DNA of 11,001 bases from Bdellovibrionota bacterium. Its GTDB lineage: Bacteria; Bdellovibrionota; UBA1018; UBA923. Below are positions 7,044-11,001 of this stretch, one piece after another. The stretch lies in the NCBI GenBank assembly GCA_040754655.1, contig JBFMCE010000108.1, forward strand, positions 1-11,001, in the 5' to 3' direction. A program made the position numbers and the translations under genes. Position 1 is the stretch's first letter; each line of letters begins with the position of its first letter. The notes beneath the pieces were generated by a model that was not told the DNA's origin, made no database searches, and was given only the letters and a program-made list of their open reading frames with translations.

Positions 7044-7817
7044 TCACAGACCCCAAACTTGTATCTGCTGCTTGAGCGAAATGATGCGAACGCCAAAGAT
7101 TTGATGCAAGAACGATGCGTTTGAGCGGTCTGATTCTAATGATTTTTGAAGTCGGTTCAATGAAGACCGTAGTTCGGCACCCGGTGGTGCTTTTACCTCT
7201 CTCATCGCGATCTGGCTTATACGTTGTTCTATAGACGAGAGCTCTTGCGCGATAGTTTTCATCTTTTTAGTAAATGGAACTGAATTTTCGGCAAGGTATT
7301 GGGCTAGCGGTTTACAACGAAAGTATGAGACCCAGTAACGACAATCGCCATTTTTTCTTGTGCTGCGAAGGCATGTTGGTTGTACGTCTGTACGAATAAA
7401 TTCTTTAAAGAGGTCATCCTTGTGCTCAAGTAGAAATGGATCTTGAGTCCAAACGCCCCTCTTTGAAAAAACCTCGTTCGTCGAGATATGGATGAAGGAA
7501 TGGTAGAGGCCTGTCGAAGACTCGCTCGACCAAATCTGGCCGATGTCTCCGTAATGAAGTTTTTCATCGGTTCTGACTTCTCGGCACAACGGCGAACTAA
7601 GCCAGAATAGAATTTCATCGGCTTCAGTGAAACGAAGGTGTGACGCCAAACCAGAAAATACGAGAGCTGTGTTATGGCAGTTGGGACCCCACTGAGGCGC
7701 GTGTCTGCCATTAAGGTGTTTAAAAGGTTCTGGCAGCAGGTTTTCTGCATGCGCAGAAAATGCGGTCACGAGTAGAATCAAGTATATTGAAACTATCTTC
7801 TTATTAAGAAGGCTCAC
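7044..7817 (-). CDS. Secreted protein with putative papain-like/NlpC-P60-type Cys-His catalytic motif
   Basis: Signal peptide ends SAHA. Motif order GPNCHNTAL ... GDIG ... HSFIHI ... FSKRG, then a C-terminal helical or coiled-coil segment. GTG start is uncertain. Confidence 0.65.
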   Translation of the reverse strand: MSLLNKKIVSIYLILLVTAFSAHAENLLPEPFKHLNGRHAPQWGPNCHNTALVFSGLASHLRFTEADEILFWLSSPLCREVRTDEKLHYGDIGQIWSSESSTGLYHSFIHISTNEVFSKRGVWTQDPFLLEHKDDLFKEFIRTDVQPTCLRSTRKNGDCRYWVSYFRCKPLAQYLAENSVPFTKKMKTIAQELSSIEQRISQIAMREVKAPPGAELRSSLNRLQKSLESDRSNASFLHQIFGVRIISLKQQIQVWGL

Positions 7818-7829
7818 ATATGGATTTTT

Positions 7830-7845
7830 AGCAACATCTGAGCCG
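7830..7845 (-). promoter_or_regulatory. Possible sigma54 (-24/-12) promoter
   Basis: Minus strand CGGCTCAGATGTTGCT = GG-N10-GC with TTGC, about 14 nt before GTG 7817. Confidence 0.4.
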
Positions 7846-7951
7846 ATTTGTAAGTGTGGAAGAAGCCCTTAAGTCTTTGGATGCGAGTCAAAAAAACTAT
7901 ACAAGTGTCTAATTCTTAGCCAGGGGAAAGTTTCAGATCGGCAGGTTCTTG

Positions 7952-8980
7952 TTAGAAAGCACCCTTACTCGACTCGCGTCTTGCCTTCGCAATCTCATCA
8001 ATATGGTGTCTGATTTCTCTCTCAATCTCGTATGGAAATTCGTGGATTACCCAGTGCGAACCTGTGGCGAAGCGAACGATTTTTACTTGAGGAACGACCT
8101 TTGAGAGCCCGTCCAAGTTTTCTGGAGCTTGGTCTTTGTCACCGAGGCCCCAGATAAGTTGGCTTGGAATTTTAATTTCAAGCAGGCGACGCATTACAAA
8201 CCCGGTCAAACCAAGCCAGGAATTGGGATCCTGCGGGGGAAAGTCGAACGTGAAATAATAATTCAAATATCCCTGAACGACGTCATCACTTTCTTTCCAA
8301 AGATTGATTAGGTTTTCCCGGTTCTCGGGATGTTCGTAAAAATAATTTCGGGTGCCATAGTCGCCAAAGATATGATTGGTGAACTTTTCATAATTCGCTT
8401 CACGAATTGCCGAGACAGTCCATCCCTTAGAGGGGTCTTTTGAAAGGATGTTTCTGATATACTGCGCGCTTTCGTATTGACTACTGTTGCTGCGATAATA
8501 CTCGCGAGAATAGGTGTAAGGATGAGCAGCATTGATCACAGTGATACCCAAAACACTTTTGGGATACTTTAAAGCGACTCCCCAGGTGTAGAGTCCGCCT
8601 GCATCATGGCCCACCAGATAGAATTTTTTGTAGCCGATCGCTTTTGCAAATTTCTTGATGACTTTTGCGACCTTGTCATACTTGTGTCCTTCAAATGTTT
8701 TGGGTCTCCAACCTCTGTAAACGCCCGGCTGGTCGAGAGCCACCGCGAAATAGTCTTTGCCAAGATTTTTAAGATAGAATGACCAAGACTTTCTGTGTTC
8801 GGGGTTGCCATGAACAAAGAGGACCAACGGCTTTCCGGGAGTGCCATGGGAGATGTATCGCACCTCGACCTTAGAATTCAGCCTCTGATATTGGTCTTTG
8901 AAGTCGGGTATGAAGTCATTGGCAAAAACGACTGTCGAAGTGAAAAGACAAAACACTATTGTGGCAATCTGTTTTAGCAT
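7952..8980 (-). CDS. Alpha/beta hydrolase, epoxide hydrolase-like, with signal peptide
   Basis: HGNPE oxyanion motif, LVGHDAGG Asp nucleophile elbow, candidate lid tyrosines (AQYI, LNYY), IWGLGDKD acid region and GSHWV catalytic His. N-terminus MLKQIATIVFCLFTSTVVFA. AAGGGG SD. Confidence 0.9.
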   Translation of the reverse strand: MLKQIATIVFCLFTSTVVFANDFIPDFKDQYQRLNSKVEVRYISHGTPGKPLVLFVHGNPEHRKSWSFYLKNLGKDYFAVALDQPGVYRGWRPKTFEGHKYDKVAKVIKKFAKAIGYKKFYLVGHDAGGLYTWGVALKYPKSVLGITVINAAHPYTYSREYYRSNSSQYESAQYIRNILSKDPSKGWTVSAIREANYEKFTNHIFGDYGTRNYFYEHPENRENLINLWKESDDVVQGYLNYYFTFDFPPQDPNSWLGLTGFVMRRLLEIKIPSQLIWGLGDKDQAPENLDGLSKVVPQVKIVRFATGSHWVIHEFPYEIEREIRHHIDEIAKARRESSKGAF

Positions 8981-9183
8981 CCCGTGATCCCCTTAACTTT
9001 TAAAGTCACTAACGTTGGTGAAGAGTGATGTCAACACATTAGGCCTCACGTGGTGTTCGCCTTGAGCGAGTGTTAACGCATGGAAGCGAGAGGGATTCTC
9101 GGTTTTCTCTCTAGCCAATCACTAACAATCCCATTAGAAAATAAACTAAAAACAGAATCAAAATAATGATCAGGGAGATGCAA

Positions 9184-9816
9184 ATGAAACTCTATTACTC
9201 GGCCGGAAGTTGTTCGACCTCTTGTCATATCAGCCTTGAAGAATCTGGGCTCAAGTACGAAGCCATTGAAGTCGATTGGGAGAATGCCTCAGATCCCAAT
9301 GTGGCTCTCGTAACGAAACTGAATCCGATGGGAACTCTTCCCGTCGCTGTGCTGGGACCAGATCAAGTATTGAGTCAGAATATTGCGATTCATACCCATA
9401 TTGCTGATCAAGTTCCTGAGCGCGGACTTCTGCCTAAGGTTGGGTCTTTTGAACGCGCTGAAGCGATGCATTGGCTCTCATTCGTGGCGTCGGATCTTCA
9501 TAAAGCGTATTCTCCGTTGTTTGGGCTCAAATTGATTTCAAATGATCCTAAAGCACAGGCAGAGGTTCGGAAGTGGGGAGAAAGCAATCTGCATGAATGT
9601 TTCGCTTATCTCGACAAACGTTTGTCGGGACGCGATTACATCTTGGGAAAGAACTTTTCAGTCGTCGATTCTTATTGTTTCGTTGTTTCAGGTTGGGCGA
9701 AATGGCTTGAGATTCCGACTGCTTCTTACCCAAACCTTGGACAGTATTTGAAGCGCGTCAGCGAGCGCCCTGCTGTTCAAAAAGTGCTCAAAGAAGAAGG
9801 CCTGCTTTCGGGCTGA
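9184..9816 (+). CDS. gstA: Glutathione S-transferase (beta class, GstA-like)
   Basis: MKLYYSAGSCS..HISLEE..NPMGTLP..WLSFVASDLHK..FSVVDSYCFVV..RPAVQKVLKEEGL. GGAG at 9174-9177 favours ATG 9184. Confidence 0.92.
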   Translation: MKLYYSAGSCSTSCHISLEESGLKYEAIEVDWENASDPNVALVTKLNPMGTLPVAVLGPDQVLSQNIAIHTHIADQVPERGLLPKVGSFERAEAMHWLSFVASDLHKAYSPLFGLKLISNDPKAQAEVRKWGESNLHECFAYLDKRLSGRDYILGKNFSVVDSYCFVVSGWAKWLEIPTASYPNLGQYLKRVSERPAVQKVLKEEGLLSG

Positions 9817-9834
9817 ACTTTGTCTTAAATTGAG

Positions 9835-9861
9835 AAAACGCTGCACAAGGAGGTGTAGCGT
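9835..9861. terminator. Hairpin between convergent genes, probable terminator
   Basis: ACGCTGCAC-AAGGAG-GTGTAGCGT 9-bp stem (9838-9861). A short T run follows on the minus strand only. Confidence 0.5.
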
Positions 9862-9873
9862 CGCTGTCTAAAG

Positions 9874-11001
9874 TCACGGCGAAACATTCTTTGCTGAAGC
9901 CTCTGCTTGTTCCAAGATTGCCACAGCTGCCCGGATCTGCGTGAGGCGGCGCTTAAACAAGAGATGAAGAGCGTGCAGCCCTTGGTGCACAAAAGGTTGC
10001 TGCATTTCGGGATTGCCTTTATGAATTGAGAGAAATTGAGCTAAAGCGGCCTCGACATCATTTTTGACGTCGCTTGATAGGCCCTTTTGTTGTTCGGCAA
10101 CGAGATTTTTCAGCGATTCCACAGGACTTCTATTGTGGTCAACTAACCAATTTTCGATCCAACCATAGCCGTTAGTCCATAGCTCTTTGGGGCGAATGGC
10201 CCAATTGCCCGTAAAAGATCCGGTATAGTCGATTCGAAATACCAAGGCCTCAAATAGTTTCCGTTCAAAGTCCGAATGTTCGGGGCTATCGTTGCGGGTT
10301 CCCCTCAAAAAATCGACGAATTCCACCGAAAACTTCACTTGCCTCTGAGCGTGTTCAATGACTTCCACGGGGAAAAAAAGCATTGAGGCGTGATACGACC
10401 AATCATGTACGAAGATGACGTCGCTATCAATGGCGATTGGGATGCCGCCCTCTCGGACAAAGGTTCGAGCGTACTGTTCTAAGCCAAACTTGGATGAGGT
10501 CTCAAAGAGTTGAATGGGGATTGCTTTTCTGCCATAAGCTCTAAGGACTTTGTTTATTCGAACCACTTGGCTGTTTGCCATGTCAGTGCTTGGGAGGGTC
10601 ATTTGGTTCCCGTCTATTTTTACACCAATAAACCGAGCCTGGTTCGGCCCTGGAATGATCATGAACCAGAGCAGGTTCCCCATGGTATTCCCATCCTTGA
10701 GACCGTGAGTAGAGCGCCATGGCTTATCGGGGTGTTTTGTCACCAGCCATTCGCCCGTTCCGAGCCGAGTTCGGCTTTCAATAGTCATTTTAGAGGTGTC
10801 GCTGTAATCCCGTTCGTAGAGAGCGAGTTCTCTCAGTTGCGAAGCGGCGATTCGATCATCTTTTGCATTTTTGAGTATAAGCGCAAGGTTGCATGCCCGA
10901 CTAGCCTGAGAGACCGATATCGATGTTGCCTTTGCTTGACCAGGCGAAAAAAACAAGAAGCTGCCCATCAGGCAAAAAACCAGGTTCCAGTAACAAAAAT
11001 T
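9874..11001 (-). CDS. Secreted hypothetical protein with CNLALI motif, probably 5'-truncated by the window edge
   Basis: The frame is open beyond ATG 10968 to the edge (NFCYWNLVFCLMGSFLFFSPGQAKA), consistent with a signal peptide with an AKA cleavage site. Contains VIFVHDWSYH. Confidence 0.75.
   Translation of the reverse strand, partial: NFCYWNLVFCLMGSFLFFSPGQAKATSISVSQASRACNLALILKNAKDDRIAASQLRELALYERDYSDTSKMTIESRTRLGTGEWLVTKHPDKPWRSTHGLKDGNTMGNLLWFMIIPGPNQARFIGVKIDGNQMTLPSTDMANSQVVRINKVLRAYGRKAIPIQLFETSSKFGLEQYARTFVREGGIPIAIDSDVIFVHDWSYHASMLFFPVEVIEHAQRQVKFSVEFVDFLRGTRNDSPEHSDFERKLFEALVFRIDYTGSFTGNWAIRPKELWTNGYGWIENWLVDHNRSPVESLKNLVAEQQKGLSSDVKNDVEAALAQFLSIHKGNPEMQQPFVHQGLHALHLLFKRRLTQIRAAVAILEQAEASAKNVSP

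Noticed and set aside
357..9751. Short overlapping ORFs in the track (e.g. 357-656, 861-1238, 874-1083, 2150-2380, 2814-3148, 5187-5507, 6384-6678, 7304-7750, 8129-8977, 9289-9751)
   Set aside because: They are antisense or alternate-frame shadows of better-supported genes with no recognisable motifs.
1..11001. CRISPR array, integron attC array, IS element, prophage or structural RNA genes
   Set aside because: No regularly spaced repeats, transposase or integrase, terminal inverted repeats, or tRNA/rRNA signatures were seen, and the mixed gene orientation is unlike a cassette array.

Overview
Bacterial accessory region with no rRNA, tRNA, CRISPR array or transposase. The many orphan signal-peptide proteins suggest a predatory Bdellovibrionota-type host, but this is inference only. 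Left to right: a secreted hotdog-fold-like protein; an unannotated minus-strand XRE/HTH_37 remnant; a four-gene operon (frameshifted DUF6516/TumE-like toxin, HVO_A0114-like HTH antitoxin, DUF3892-fusion protein, BamE/SmpA-like membrane protein) with a palindromic operator and a terminator; a doubly broken SGNH hydrolase coupled to a MarR gene that is divergent from a GNAT; a truncated GFA gene; two secreted orphans; DoxX; a secreted papain-like Cys/His protein; a secreted epoxide-hydrolase-like enzyme; a GST; and a secreted orphan running off the window end. The main observation is that four otherwise unrelated secreted proteins share a short motif, C-[SAN]-[IL]-[LYA]-L-[TI], just after the signal peptide, and in three of them this is the only Cys of the mature chain. 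It is a candidate shared sorting, export or modification tag. All family assignments are from motif recognition by eye, with no database searches.
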